Source: Squalus acanthias
Taxonomy: Eukaryota
DNA length: 64,000 nt
NCBI GenBank assembly: GCA_030390025.1
Contig: CM059432.1
Location: forward strand, 43,712,001 to 43,776,000
Reading direction: 5' to 3'
The notes under the pieces are model-generated. The model searched no databases, was not told the origin of the DNA, and was given only the letters and a program-made list of their open reading frames with translations. Shown piece after piece: positions 24,781-38,669 of this stretch. The position numbers and the translations under genes are program-made. Positions within the stretch are counted from its first letter, which is position 1. Each line of letters begins with the position of its first letter.

Positions 24781-27519
24781 AAACATGCTGGCCATCATGG
24801 GAAGGGGCAGAGTCATGGCCATGGCAACTGGCAACACTGAAGAAGACTGCCACAGGGTTTCTTCACATCTTATCATAATTTTCCCATCTGACTTCGATTT
24901 CACCCTACACACTCTGTATGACAAACTGCAGATGCTTTCACCAGCCACTTCTTTCTTTGCTCACCTTTCACACCACAAGCTCATTTTTTTCCCTCACTTT
25001 CATTTCGAGTGCAGAAAATGTGGAAACCCCTCTGCTACTTGACAAAGGGCAGGCCAGCATTCCTGAAGATGCACTCGATCCGAACCTAGCAAGCAACAAC
25101 CCAGAGACAGGCACCATGCACTTTAGAGGGTAGGTTAGAGGAGGAGTCTTCACATGGTGGATCACCGGGCACATGTGTGTAGGAGCTAGGGCAGGGGATT
25201 GCACGCCACAGGTGCCAGATCGGCAGAGGGCGAGATCCCATACTAGCTCTGCAGCAGTGGACTCAGATGCTGAGCTCAAGGGCTCAGGGTACCGTAGAAG
25301 GCTGATGGGCATATATCAGGAAATGCTAGGTGCACTGGGCAGCCTGCCAGCATGCGTGTGCACAGTGTCACAGAGCATGGAGGAGTCCAGCTCCAACTTG
25401 TGTTGGGGCTTCAAGCAGAGCATGGAAACATGCAGTCCAACATGGAGAGAGTGGTCAACTCCATGAACAGGACAGTTGTGCCCACCATGATGGAACCTCT
25501 GGTGGCAGCTTTGACAGATTCCATGGCAGCTCACACTGCTGCCACGGAAGCTCAGTAGGCTGCCATCTTGGCTGTGGGAGCCAGTGTTGACAGTGGCTGC
25601 TAGAGCGTCTTATGACTCCTGCATTCTGGTCTCGTGCAGAACTGTAGGAGTGCTGCGATGCAGGCTTAAGACACTGGCCATGGCTACTTGGGAGAGGCAC
25701 TTGCTGTCCTCTCCCAGGATGACAACATGCTTACTCCCCTTCACCCACTCCACCAGTGTCCTTGTTAGTGCCACACAGCCAGCTGGGCCTGACTGTCCGG
25801 CCTGCGGAGTGTCGGGCCGGGACAGTCAGGCCCAGGCACAGTGGTAGGCTACCCAGTGCACCTAGCATTTTCTGGTATATGCCCTGGTGCAGACCAATAT
25901 TAGAAAATAGTCCTATAACAAGCGTAGATCCCTAATTTGAATATTTTATTCATCATTTTAAATAGTCCACTCCCTAGACATCTACGAAGAAGCCTGATTC
26001 AGTATGGCTGGCGACGCATTTCCGGCGCATAATGAGCACACTTCTCGGAAGATATGGTTGCTGATTGTGCAGAACCTGCCAGTAAGTGTAAATCACCCAT
26101 CTGAAATAAATACTCAGCTACAGCATGATAACGTGTAGTCTGATTATGGAATACTGCATGGAAGGTTGCCCTGTTAAAAATGAACTGGGCAGCAGAATGA
26201 AACCCCACCAGCTTGTAAAAAGTGAATCATTGGAACAAGATTTTGCATTTAGCGATTCCAACACCAATGTGACCCGAGATGCTAGGGAAAGTACAAGCTG
26301 GGCATTAAGGCATTGGGAAATATGGAGGGGGTTATTTTGGCTGAAGGGCGAAAACAGATGCTAAATGGGTGCAGTTATAATAGGACTAGCATGTTTGAAA
26401 GTTTGGATTTAGCATATAATGCTTGGTCCTAATTGCTGATTACCATAATTTGAACATGCCTGGAGGTGCTAACCAGACACCTGCAGGTTTAGCACCCAAG
26501 TGCTGATTAGACACAATTTTCGTGGAGCAGTATATGTGGGCTCCTCGCACCCACTTCCACTGAAGGCGTGGTGTGCTCTGGCTGGCACACGGCGGCACGT
26601 TGCAGGATAGCTCAGGGACCAAGGGAGAGGGCGCACAGGTTCTTGGATACGGTACTGAAGGTCCTGGTGGAGAAGGTCTAGAGGAGGAGGGATGTCCTGT
26701 GCACGAAGGCCGGGGGGTGGGGGGAGGGTGTGGTGGGGAGAAGGATGCCACCTCGCCCTCCTCACCCTCTAGTCCCTCTCTCCTGCAGTAGCTGGTGCTG
26801 TTCTGCCTGGTCTCATGTCCTCCTCCCATTCCTCGTCCAGACCAAGGGAGACCCCGAGCAAGATGCCCATGACCAAGCACTCCCTTTCTCCTGGTGACTC
26901 CTATAAGGTGTCCAATAAGGTGGAGTAGCACAGCACTCACTCTTTTTAGGTGAATTCCTCAGAGAATTTCCGGAATAAATGTTGCTTGAGTATTGGTGAA
27001 GTCTTAACAAGGTGTCTCAGAAAGTCTCCCAATGTGTTTCAGATGTCTTCTTCACAGCTCCAGCAGCAATGAACATGAAATGGTGAGTATCCCTTTATGT
27101 AGCGCTTGAAATGAATATCAACGCCGTGTTGACTCCCAAGCAGCTGGTCGCTGCTAGGAGAGGGCGTTAGTTGAAGCACTAGCCACCAAAATGCTGTGCA
27201 GCCTCTTTAATGAGTGCTAGCAGGCATTTTAAGTGGCAATCAGCTGTTTAATAAGCCTCCAGGCGGTCGTTCGTAGCGCTGGCTTCAACTCCTTGCGCTA
27301 AACACGGGCTAAACCAGCATTGCAGCTTAAGACCCCATCTTGGCCATCTCAGATGCTCTTTAGCGCCTAAAGTATTCGGCAAAAATCGCCCCTGGAGAAT
27401 TTACTCCATAAGCTGGCCTGGGTTAAGTAAACAACTCGGAACTATCTAAGTGTTCTCAGGAAAGGACACATTTGGTCGTCCTGATGATACTATCTGGTCT
27501 GTCTGAATGACTGGTAGAA

Positions 27520-27930
27520 TTGTTGGAACAGATTTATTCAAATGGGAAAGTAACACTTATCTTACCCCTTGCATTTCATAGCACAGCTCACGTGTTGCAA
27601 ATCACAAGATATTGTGGGATCTGAAATTGATACATGCCCTTCATGGAATACCAGAACTGCTAATTTCAGATAACAAAGCACAACCTTTAGCTCTGGATTT
27701 TGATACATTTTTAAAACGATATGTTTCACACCACAGACAGGTCCATGCATTCACAAAGTAGCAGTGAGGCAGCGAGTGCAATGCAGATTATAAGGAACCT
27801 GGTGAAGAGTGCTAAAAAATCCATGGTTAGGTCTCCTAACATACCATGATACCCCACACACAAATGGGCACAGCCTGCAGAACTGTTATTGGATAGACAG
27901 TTAAGAACTACCCCACTAATGTTTCCATCA
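27520..27930 (+). pseudogene. Ty3/Gypsy integrase remnant
   Basis: HGIPELLISDN (27642 on) and LLTYHDTPH...PAELLLDRQLRT, typical Gypsy integrase core motifs; frameshifted. Confidence 0.65.
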
Positions 27931-28458
27931 ATCCCATATATGGCTATTTTCAGAGGAAGGAAGGAAACATGTAAAATTTGTCAACTGGGCAATTTCAATA
28001 TACAGCAAGGAAGCTACCAAGACTCAACACTGGGTAACAAATCTAAATAGTGGACACAAGTAGCAAATGAACTGGGCTACGTGAAGCACCACCTCCATCA
28101 TTTTTCAAAGAGATACCCCAAGGTCCCAGTATGACAGAAAATTTGGCGTCTTGGTCTAGGGCAGAATCACCAGAGACTGATACAATTAGCAATTCACAGA
28201 TACAAAAACTCCTTGGAAAGGCGCAGAAAGGTCAACTGAGGTCGCAGCCCCTCAGAGTACTTGAGATGTGGTCAATTCAAACTTATATATGGAAAAAAAA
28301 ACCAATCTATGGCAATTTCAAATTTACTTAAATTTTAGCAGATTATAATCTATCGCTCAGTACTTTCCGTTCATCATAAGGCCAGGAGTGAGGCTGTTCT
28401 CTGCTGATTCCATCAGTGAACACTCCAATTCAAAAATCCTCCAACAATGAGGCTGCCC

Positions 28459-28740
28459 AAATAAAAACAGAAAATGCTGGAAATACTCAGCATCTGTGGA
28501 GAGAGAGAAACAGAGTTAATGTTTCAGGTCAATGACCCTTCGTCAGAACTGGAAAAAGCTGGAGATGGAACAGGTTTTTAAGCAAGTGTAGGGTCAGGGA
28601 AAGGGGGGAGGGGAGGAAAGAACAAAAGGGAAGGTCTGTGATAGGATGGAAGGCAGGAGAGATTAAGAGACAAAAGGAGATGGTAATGGGACAAGTTAAG
28701 AAACAAAAGATGGCTCTAGATGAAGTGTAAATGGCAATGG
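28459..28740 (-). mobile_element. 3' end of a second Penelope-like family
   Basis: Homologous to the arms of 7179-7393; contains a hammerhead core. Confidence 0.7.
28514..28550 (-). ncRNA. minimal hammerhead ribozyme (second Penelope family)
   Basis: Reverse complement AGTT-CTGACGA-A-GGGTC ATT GACCT-GAAA-CATT-AACT; the stem III palindrome is mutated (ACGT in the 7179 copy). Confidence 0.65.
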
Positions 28741-28819
28741 CTGAATGATCGACAGCTGCCATGTGGGAGAGAGAAAAAAATGGAAAAAAAAAGAAAGGGG
28801 CAGAGGTTATGGTCTGCCC

Positions 28820-29090
28820 ATGCCAGCCTACAACAAGGCTTGGATAACATCCATGCTTGTACTGACAAGTGGCTAGTAACATTCATGCATATAAATGGCA
28901 TATAATGACCATCTCCCACATGGAAAGACGCAACCATCTACCCCAACCTTTAATGGCACCATCATCACCAAGTTCCCCGCCATCAACATCCTGGGATCAC
29001 CACTGATCAGAAGCTTAACTTTACCAGCTACATTAACAGCATGACTTCACAAGCTGGGCAGGAGATGGATACTCTGTGATGACTGTCACA
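28820..29090 (+). mobile_element. old HER1-like LINE fragment
   Basis: LQQGLDNIHACTDKWLVTF, homologous to MQQDLNDIQAWVDKWQIT in 5493-6682. Confidence 0.6.
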
Positions 29091-31338
29091 CCATACAGCA
29101 CCTGAAGTATTGCTCTGCAATGGTACAAAGCTGCTTAAGGGGTACACACCAGGATTTGTTGATAGGCCATTGAAGGTCACAAGTAATCTCACTGATGTCA
29201 CTGCTACACTTGTAAGGCTGATTTAATTCTCTGTCCAGGCTCTAGTTCCTTAAAAGCTGATCTTCTATGGAAATTCCAGTTATGTTGGCAGCTCGTCCTC
29301 ATGAAGGGAAAGGAATGCAGATGGAGTCTACTCATGAATGCCTACTGACTTTTAGATATTAGATCTGTTTGTCGTATTCATGAAAATATCAAAAAGGTGT
29401 CAAGATTTTGCTGCACGTGCAACAGCTTTATCAATGTACTGCTGGGAGATTGCATATAGCATTGTAGAAAGATTTTATATAGAATATCACCTGGTATTTG
29501 TACAAAATTATCCATCAGTCATGGACTTGTATGTGGAACAGAATCCAAATATTCCAAAAAGAGTTTGGTTTTCTCAGCCATCTGCAGATTGTAAATCATT
29601 TCTTTTTGTTTCTTCACTATCTGATGTCACTGAGCGGCTGCAGAACATTCTGAGGGGAGAGGGTGAACAGCCAGAGGTCGTGGTCCATATTGGTATCAAC
29701 GACATAGGTAGAAAGAGGGATGAGGTCCTGCAGGCAAATTTTAGGGAGTTAGGAAAGAGATTAAAAAGCAGGACCTCAAAGATAGTAATCTCCAGATTAC
29801 TCCCGATGCCACGAGCTAGTGTGTATATAAATAGGAGGATAGAGCAGATGAATGCGTGGCTGGAGTGATGATGCAGGAGGGAGGGCTTTAGATTCCTGGG
29901 ACACTGGGACCAGTTCTGGGGGAGGTGAGACTTGTACAGGCCAGACGGGTTGCACCTCAACAGAGCCGGGACCAATATCCTTGCTGGGGGATTTGCTAGT
30001 GCTGTTGGGGAGGGTTTAAAATAATTTGGCTAGGGGATGGGAACCAGGATGTAGCATTAGAAAGGAGAAACAAGGTGCACAAAGGATTGGTAGAGACAGA
30101 TAACACAAGAGTAAGAAATAATACAGTATTAGGTGGGATCAGACTAAGAGAGAATATAAGAAGGTCCAAGATAGGTTTACAGTGCATGTGTGTAAACGCA
30201 CAAAGCGTGGTAAATAAGGTTGGTGAGCTGCAGGAGCAAATAGACACATGATGGTGTCGTGGCGATAACGGAGACCTGGCTCAAAAAAGGGCAAGATTGG
30301 GTAGTAAATATTCCTGGATATAAGGTGTTCAGGAAAGATAGGGAAGGAGTTAAGATACTGGATGGGATAAAAATTGATAAAGAAGAAGTACTAAAAAGGT
30401 TGGCTGCACTTAAAGTAGATACGTCACCTGAGGGAAGTAAAGGTGGAAATTGCGGAGGTACTGCCCATATCTTCCAATCCTCCTTAGATACGGTTGTGGT
30501 GCTAGAGGACTCGAAAATGCCAAATGTTATTCCCTTGTGCAAAAAAGGGTGTAAGGATAAACCCAGCAACTACAGCCCAGTCAGTTTAACCTCGATAGTG
30601 GGAAGCTTTTAGAAATGATAATCAGGGACAAAATGAACAGTTACATGGACAAATGTGGATTAATTAATGAAAGTCAGCATGGATCTGTTAAAGGCAAATT
30701 GTGTTTAACTAACTTGATTGAGTTGTTGGATGGGCTAACTTAGAGGGTTGATGAGGGCAATGCGGTTGATGTGGTGTACATGGACTTCCAAAGGACGTTT
30801 GATAAAGTGCCGCATAATAGGCTTGCCAGCAAAGTTGAAGCCCATGGAATAAAAGGGACAGTGGCAGCATGGATATGAAATTGGCTAAGTGACAGGAAGC
30901 AGAGAGTAGTGGTGAACAGTTGTTTTTCAGACTGGAGGAAGGTATACAGTAGTGTTCCCCAGGGGTCAGTACTAAGACCACTTCTTTTCTTGATATATAT
31001 TAATGACTTGGACCTGGGTGTACAGGGCACAATTTCAAAATTTGCAGATGACACAAATCTTGGAAGTATAATGAACAGTGAGGAGGAGAGTGATAGACTT
31101 CAAGAGGACATAGACAGGCTGGTGGAATGGACGGACACGTGGCAGATGAAATTTTACGCAGAAAAGTGTGAAGTGATACATTTTGGTAGGATGAACAAGG
31201 AGAGGCAATATAAACTAACGGGTACAATTCTAAAGGGTGTGCATGAACAGAGAGACCTGGGGGTATATGTGCACAAATCATTGAACGTGGCAGGGCAGGT
31301 TGAGAAAGCAGTTAAACGAGCATACTGTATCCTGGGCT

Positions 31339-33597
31339 GCATCAACGCCAGATTCATCAGCCGCACTCACAAGACAGTCCAGAATGTCACCCGAGCACAA
31401 CGCAACGCCATCCACGCTCTCAAGACCAACCGCAACATCGTCATGAAAACAGCGGATAAAGGAGGAGCCATCGTCATACAGAACAGAATGGACTATTGCA
31501 AAGAAGCATACTGACAACTGGACAACCAGGAACACTACAGACAGCTACCCGCAGATCCGACCAAAGAACACACCCGCCAACTCAATAGACTGATCAAGAC
31601 CTTCGATCCAGACCTTCAAAACATCCTACGCGCTCTCATCCCACGTACTCCCCGCATAGGAGACTTTTACTGCCTCCCAAAGATACACAAAGCCAACACA
31701 CCCGGACGTCCTATCGTATCAGGCAACGGAACCCTGTGTGAGAACCTGTCTGGGTACGTCGAGGGCATCCTGAAACCCATCGTGCAGGGAACCCCCAGCT
31801 TCTGTCGCGACACTACAGACTTCTTGCAGAAACTCAGCACCCATGGACCAGTTGAACCAGGAACACTCCTCGCCACGATGGACGTCTCGGCACTCTACAC
31901 CAATATCCCCCACGATGACGGCATCGCTGCGACTGCCTCAGTACTCAACACCAACAACAGCCAATCTCCAGACGCCATCCTACAACTCATCCGCTTCATC
32001 CTTGACCACAATGTCTTCACCTTCGACAACCAGTTTTTTACCCAAACACACGGAACAGCCATGGGGACCAAATTCGCACCCCAATACGCCAACATCTTCA
32101 TGCACAAGTTCGAGCAAGAATTCTTCGCTGCACAGGACCTCCAACCAACGCTGTACACCAGATACATCGACGACATCTTCTTCCTTTGGACCCACGGCGA
32201 AGGATCACTGAAAGGACTACACGATAGCATCAACAGGTTCCATCCCACCATCAAACTCACCATGGACTACTCCTCAGAATCGGTTTCATTCTTGGACACA
32301 CGAATCTCCATCAAAGACGGACGCCTCAGCACTTCACTCTACCGCAAGCCCACGGACAACCTCACGATGCTCCACTTCTCCAGCTTCCACCCTAACCACG
32401 TTAAAGAAGCCATCCCCTATGGACAAGCCCTGCAAATACACAGGATCTGCTCAGACGAGGAGGAACGCGATGGACACCTACGGACACTGAAAGACGCCCT
32501 CGTAAGAGCGGGATATGACGCTCGACTCGTCGATCGACAGTTCCGACGGGCCACAGCGAAAAACCGCATAGACCTCCTCAGAAGGCAAACACGGGACACA
32601 ACCAACAGAGTACCCTACGTCGTCCAGTACTTCCCCGGAGCGGAGAAACTACGCCATGTTCTTCGCAGCCTTCAACATGTCATCGATGACGACGAACACC
32701 TTGCTAAGGCCATCCCCACGCCTCCACTACTCGCCTGCAAGCAGCCGCCTAACCTCAAAAGTACCATCATCCGCAGCAAATTACCCAGCTGTCAGGAGAA
32801 CAGCGACCACGACACCACACAACCCTGCCACGGCAACCTCTGCAAGACATGCCAGATCTTGAACACAGATACCGTCATCACACGTGAGGACACTACCCAC
32901 CAGGTACATGGTACATACTCATGTGACTCGGCCAACGTTGCCTATCTGATACGTTGCAGGAAAGGATGCCCCAGAGCATGGCACATCGGCGAGACCATGC
33001 AGACACTGAGACAACGTATGAACGGACACCGCGCAACAATCGCCAAGCAGGAGTGTTCCCTCCCAGTCGGGGAACACTTCAGCAGTCAAGGGCATTCAGC
33101 CTCGGATCTGCGGGTTAGCGTTCTCCAAGGCGGCCTTAGAGACACACGACAACGCAAAATCATCGAGCAGAAACTGATAGCCAAGTTCCGCACTCATGAG
33201 GACGGCCTCAATAGGGATATCGGGTTCATGTCACGCTACAGAACGTGACTTGACATCGTTGTCTGTCTTTCCAGTTTTTAAAAAAACAAACACAAAAAAC
33301 AAACCCCAAAAAAGACGGAGAGAGAGGAAGGGATATGGAGCGAGATCGGCTGTAGACAGCAGGATTTGACACGTTGGACCCCCTGGGACACATCTCATTG
33401 TCTTGGCTGTGCTCTTGGTGTGTCTTTGATGTAAGGAAAGATTGTATCTCTGCAGTATCTGTGTTTATATTCTATGAACTTTTGTAGATTCACTCATTGT
33501 AACTTTACCTGAAGAAGGGGCAGGATAGCTCCGAAAGCTTGTAATTTTAAATAAATCTGTTGGACTATAACCTGGTGTTGTGCGACTTCTCATTTTT
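31339..33597 (+). mobile_element. Penelope-like element (Neptune-type), 5'-truncated, with a premature stop
   Basis: Near-identical to 56340-58576; TGA at 31512 where the other copy has CGA; YIDD RT motif; GIY-YIG reads AWHIGET instead of AWYIGET. Confidence 0.92.
33505..33544 (+). ncRNA. minimal hammerhead ribozyme in Penelope pLTR
   Basis: TTAC-CTGAAGA-A-GGGGC AGGATA GCTCC-GAAA-GCTT-GTAA. Confidence 0.75.
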
Positions 33598-33611
33598 ATA
33601 AATAGAGGCAT

Positions 33612-34318
33612 GGGCTGGAGTTTGTCTTGGGGTCGGGTTGGGGTCGTGTAATCGCATTTTGTGTTTCCCCCCCGACTCCAGATTAATGTGGATGAATGAT
33701 GCAATTTTCACTTAATTGGGCAATTGAGTTCCAGCATGTGGGAACCCATGAACCAATTAGTGGTTTCAGTCTGAAAGTCGCCTCTGATGATGTCATCATT
33801 ACTGACTGCCTAGTCTCAGAGACTGTTGGTGAGAGAGGACCTGCATTGTTTGCTTTTGATGTGAGTGGACCTGGATGCAAAATATGCAGGGGGGAGAGAG
33901 AGAGAGAGAGAGAATTTTTTTTGCATCCAAGTCCTCTCACAGCATAGGCCAGGCAGTCTCTGAACACATTCAATGCAGCAGCGGCGACTTTCAGACCTAA
34001 TACTACTACTACCTTCATCACATCTCCGTTGTAATAGTGGAGCTGCAGCTGATAGTCAGCTGTCCACTTGTGCTCCCGCCAGGTTTCACTGGAGTGTTTC
34101 ACACCAGGCGTACTTCACGTCAGAAAAGGGTTAAACTAGCTAAAACGTTTCAAAATGGCATTACAGAGCCAATTTAGAGCTTGTTAAGGGCTTTAATGGC
34201 CTCTCCCGCCTCTTGGAGGCAGGACGGAGTCGGGATGGGGTCGGAAACCCCGACCCCGCAAATTTAACCACCCACACGCCTCCAAACCCGACTCCATGGG
34301 TCATTCAAAATCCAGCCC
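33612..34318. mobile_element. Harbinger-type MITE inserted in CR1
   Basis: TIRs GGGCTGGAGTTTG / CAAAATCCAGCCC; CR1 sequence AGAGGCAT|AGAGTACAAAAG rejoins across it; TSD ambiguous. Confidence 0.75.
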
Positions 34319-35619
34319 TAGAGTACAAAAGCAAGGAAACTATGATGAACCTGTATAAAACACTGGTTCGACCTCAACTGGAGTACTGTGTCCAATTCTG
34401 GGCACCGCACTTTAGGAAGGATGTGAAGGCCTTAGAGAGGATGCAGAAAAGATTTACAAAAATGGTTCCAGGGATGAGGGACTTTGGTTACGTGGATAGA
34501 CCGGAGAAGCTGGGGTTCTTCTCCTTAGAGCCGAGAAGGTTGAGAGGAGATTTGATAGAGGTGTTCAAAATCATGAGGGATCTAGCCAGAGTAGATAGAG
34601 AGAAACTGTTCTCATTGGCGGAATTGTCGAGAACCAGAGGACACAGATTGAAGGTGATTGGCAGAAGAACCAAAGGCGACATGAGGAAAAACTATTTTAT
34701 GCAGCGAGTGGTTCGGATCTGGAATGCACTGCCTGAAAGGGTGGTGGAGGCAGATTCAATCATGGCTTTCAAAAGGGAATTGGATAAGTACCTGAAGGAA
34801 AAGAATTTGCAGGTCTACGGGGAAAGGGCGGAGGAAGTGGGACTAGCTGAAGTGCTCTTTTAGAGAGCCAGCATGGGCTCGATGGGCCGATTGGCCTCCT
34901 TCTGTGCTGTAACCATTCTATGATACTATGATTTTTTTTATTACAGGGTTGCAGCCAAGATTTTTAATTTTTTACATAGTTCCACAATCTTTGTCCCCAT
35001 TAACCCCCATCCGATTGGCCACATCTTTCAACAAGCTGCACCATGGAGAGGCAAGACACAGGTCTGTTTCCATGTTTCCCCACCAGGGGTTGGAGTTCCA
35101 CTGATGTTTTCTAGTGCACCAGTTAATATGCTCATGCCAAATTCCTATGTGCACTTTCTAACAAATTCATTAAACTGAAATAAATGGGTTGAACAACTTT
35201 GTTAAAATAACACATGAGAATTTCAACCCCTTCAGTAAGCTCCTGAACTCACCCATGCTGGGCTAGAATTTCTGACCAGCAGGAGTTAGCCACTGGCATG
35301 AGTCGGGTGTGCAGGAGCTGGGAAAAAGTAGTTTAATGGAATTTTCCGGCTCTGTGCTGATTGTGGACAGCATGTTTGTTTCTGTACCTGGTGGACTGCC
35401 AGCAGTAATCAGAGTGTGTGAAAGTTTAATTTAGATGGTAAATTTCCTGGTAATTGGATGCCAATGAATCCTCAGTTGAAATCCTGTTGTTCACGCAGCG
35501 AGTGTGCAGCGTGTTCAGCTGTCCATATATAATGGGTGTTGAAGGCCAGTTTATACTTTAAAAGTAACCTGCAACTGAAATTGAGAAAATTAGTATTGTA
35601 TTAATGCTGTTCTCTCCTG

Positions 35620-36460
35620 TCTCTGCCCCTGCCTCATCCCATTTCTTGCTGAAACCCTTTGTTACTTCCAGAATTGAATATTCAAATGCTGTCCAGGCCA
35701 GCCGCCCACCATTCACCCTCTGTAAACTTGACCTCATCCATAACTCTGCTTCCTGTATCCTAACTTACACCACGTCCCATTCACCCATCACCCTTGTGCT
35801 CGGTGATTTACATTGGCTCCTGGTCCGGCAATGCCTCATTGAGTTAGTCTACAGCACAGAAACAGGCCATTCAGCCAAACTGGTCTACACGAGCCTCCTT
35901 CCACTCCTCTTCATCTAACCCTATCAGTATAACCTTCTATTCCTTTCTCTCTCATATGCTTATCTAGCTTCCCCTTAAATGCATCTATTCTATTTGCCTC
36001 AACTAATGCTTGTGGTATCGAGTTCCACCTTTTAACTATCTTATATTTTATATTTATTATCTCTAGTTTTGGACTAGTGGGAACATTTTCTCTATGTCTA
36101 CTCTATCTAACCCTTTCAGAATTTTGAAGACTTCTATCAAGTCACCCCTCAGCTTCCTCTTTTCTTGAGAAATGAGCCCCAGCCTCTTCAGCCTTTCCTG
36201 ATAAGTATATCCTCTCGGTTCTAGTATCATCCTTGTGAATCTTTTTTTCACCTTCTGCAATGCTTTTTTATAATATGGAGACCAGAACTGTACTCCAAGC
36301 GTGGTCCAACCAAGGTTCGTTACAAGTTTAACATAACTTCTCTGCTTTTCAATTCTATCCCTCTAAAAATTAACCCCAGTGTTTTGGTTTGGTTTTTTAT
36401 GGCCTTATTAACATAGGGCGCTACTTTAGGTGATTTGTGAATGTGTACCGCTAGATCTCT
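35620..36460. mobile_element. L2 fragment (+, ~35620-35840) followed by CR1 3' fragment (-, ~35840-36460)
   Basis: FVTSRIEYSNA...HSPITLVLGDLHWL (L2); KVKKRFTRMI...RGDLIEVFKILKG (CR1). Confidence 0.7.
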
Positions 36461-36462
36461 TT

Positions 36463-38550
36463 AGGCCCCTGATAAGGCCGGTTTCGGTGAAAAAATGGCG
36501 GCTGCCACTTCTGGCCACTTCCGGCACGAAACGCGTTGGCCGCCATTTTGGGCAGGTTGGCAGCGCTGCCGTTGCCTGCGCTCACTGCAAATATGGTAAT
36601 TAGTCTGATCGTGATGTCATTCAGTGTTCATCGTTAAATTGACACACGACCTGCTATTTTGGATGTTGCCACTCCTTTTAACGTCCTCTCCAAAGCATGC
36701 ACAGCTGAACATGCCTTCAGCTGAATGATGGACCCCTCACCAGCGCTTCTTAAAGGGGCACACACAACTTTAAGGTAAGTTTAGATTTTTGCTTTTCTAC
36801 TGCTTTCTTTACATTTTATTCGAGTAGTGGCTTGGTACAAGACATTTAAAAAGTTGTTAAAGTGTGAAGGGAGTGCAGGGAGTGCTGCTGGACCTTTGCA
36901 AGGCTTTGGCTCTTAAACTAAGGCCTCTGAGAACGCCACTTGCTCCCAGTGCTGGGGGCACTAGTTGCAGTCCCCCTTGGGCTGCAGCATGACATGGAGA
37001 TGGAGCAGAGGCAGCAAAGGAGACAAGCTGCTCGCAGAGGGAGGAGGAGGAGGAGGATGAGGAAGAAACAGAAGAGGAAGAAGCAGAAGAGAAGGAAGCG
37101 GAAGGAAGGATGCAACCCAGACAACCCCTTTCTGGCCGGGATATCTGGGATCGAATCATCTGCCTGCGGCACCAGTGAACACAACCACAATTCCCCGTTC
37201 AACATTTGTCCCACACCTTACTTTCCCTCTGTTATCGACCATTACAGTGTCCTCTTGGCCACAATGTTGAAATAAAAGCCACCACAAAGCAAACTTTCCA
37301 ATCCAACTTTATTCAATATTACATCAAAAAAATCAACTAATCACCCTTGTGCATTCCCTTAGTGAGTGTCTTGCAATTGCCTTTGCCTATCCTAGTGCTG
37401 TTACACAGTGGCTACAGCATGGCTGGTGGAAGCTGTTGACTTTCAGTGGGGGAGACTGCAGAGGGCCTTGCAGGACGACCTTGAGGAGCTGGTGGCTGAG
37501 AGCTTGAAATTGAGTGATAGTGTTTTTTCTTCTTCTTCACTCTGCTCTCCCTCTTCTTGGTCAACCACTGGCTGGGTAGGCTGCATTCCTTGGGTGTCTG
37601 AAATGAGGAAGGCACAAGGGTAGGGTTGTAGTGAGGGGAGTGGGTAAAGCAAGAGGTGCATGCTTACATCATGTGCAGCTTGTAAAACAGTAGATATTGT
37701 TGGATGATGGGGAAGTGGGATGTGAGAAGGAGGCTAACATATGAGGACACCGGCATTTTGTATACTTTCATCCCCGCCGCTGGCCAAGGGCTCAGCCATG
37801 CCCCTGCCAAGAATGGCCAGCACCGTTTCCTCCAAGGTGGTGAGGTGAAGCAAGGAATGTGAGGTCTATCTCATGTTTGGTAGAGATTGTTGGTAGGTGA
37901 GTGATGGGGGGTGGGGGCGGGATCGTGTATTGAGCAGTGTGTGAGGCTAGTGGTGCAGTTAGTAGGAGATGGTTTTTGAAGATGCATTCACTTGTGACAC
38001 TCGTCTGAGGTCATGGAACTTCTTTGGCCATTTCCTGGGGGTGACACTGCTGGCAGTGATCGTCTCGGCGATCTAGTCTCACATTCTTCTTTCTAGAAAT
38101 GCTCCTGGGCCCCTGTGGGTAGAGGACCTCTCTTCCAGTGTTCACCCTCTGCACAAAGCTCAAGTGCTGCGTCTGAGACCCTGGATGTCCCTTCCCTGGC
38201 CTATTGAGCTATTTGGGTTAGTGCTGAAGCAATTTTAACATTTTTTATCAGCAGAAGGCAGCTCACCTTTAAGAGGTGCAGACTGTCTTTAAGAGGTTCA
38301 GACTGCCTTTAAGAGACACAGGCAAGCTTTAAGTAAAGCTAGCATCGCGCGCACATCAAGAACTTTGGCCCCCTGCTGAGTGCACAGTCTGTCAGCAGCG
38401 CGTTCAGTGCTGGGCTGTGCACTACAAACATTACAATTAGCAGGCAGCATGAGTTTGATGTGTTGCCTGAGCTACTTTCAACGGGTGCGGATATATCGTG
38501 CATCGCAGTGCCAGCGCCCTTTTCTTGACGTTATCGAGTTTCACCCCCTT
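36463..38550. mobile_element. decayed Harbinger transposon
   Basis: + strand transposase-leader-like MLPVLGALVAVPLG...; minus-strand SANT remnant KKFHDLRR near 38000-38030; ends GAGTTTCACCCC. Confidence 0.55.
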
Positions 38551-38669
38551 GTTATCCAAGCAATATGGGACCTCTTTATTTTTCCTACCAAACTGCACTA
38601 CCTCACACTTACCTGAATTGAAACTTATTTGCCAATTGCATGCCTATTCTGCTAGTTTATTAATGTCTT

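Larger units (their letters stand above)
22287..27393 (+). mobile_element. decayed Harbinger transposon (Myb/SANT gene on +, nested L2 and CR1)
   Basis: MAGKITDRAPRFCDA...QCSKKFNDVSRVVK at 22513-22725; C-terminal exon remnants at 25030-25850; TIR-like ends GGGGGCGCAATT and AAAATCGCCCCT. Confidence 0.6.
29620..34932 (+). mobile_element. CR1 LINE (ORF1 esterase remnant plus internally deleted ORF2) with nested Penelope and MITE
   Basis: VVVHIGINDIG (SGNH-like), AITETWL, RT motifs, 3' ATTCTATGATACTATG tail. Confidence 0.85.

Noticed and set aside
30909..31514. 201-aa ORF joining CR1 RT to Penelope sequence
   Set aside because: Chance read-through across an insertion junction, ending at a CGA>TGA stop.
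31782..33248. 488-aa ORF as an independent gene
   Set aside because: It is the downstream part of a Penelope ORF with an upstream stop and a Y>H change in the YIG motif.
36940..37275. Arg/Lys-rich protamine-like ORF
   Set aside because: Off-frame reading of a GAG/GAA-rich (poly-Glu) tract within a Harbinger relic.
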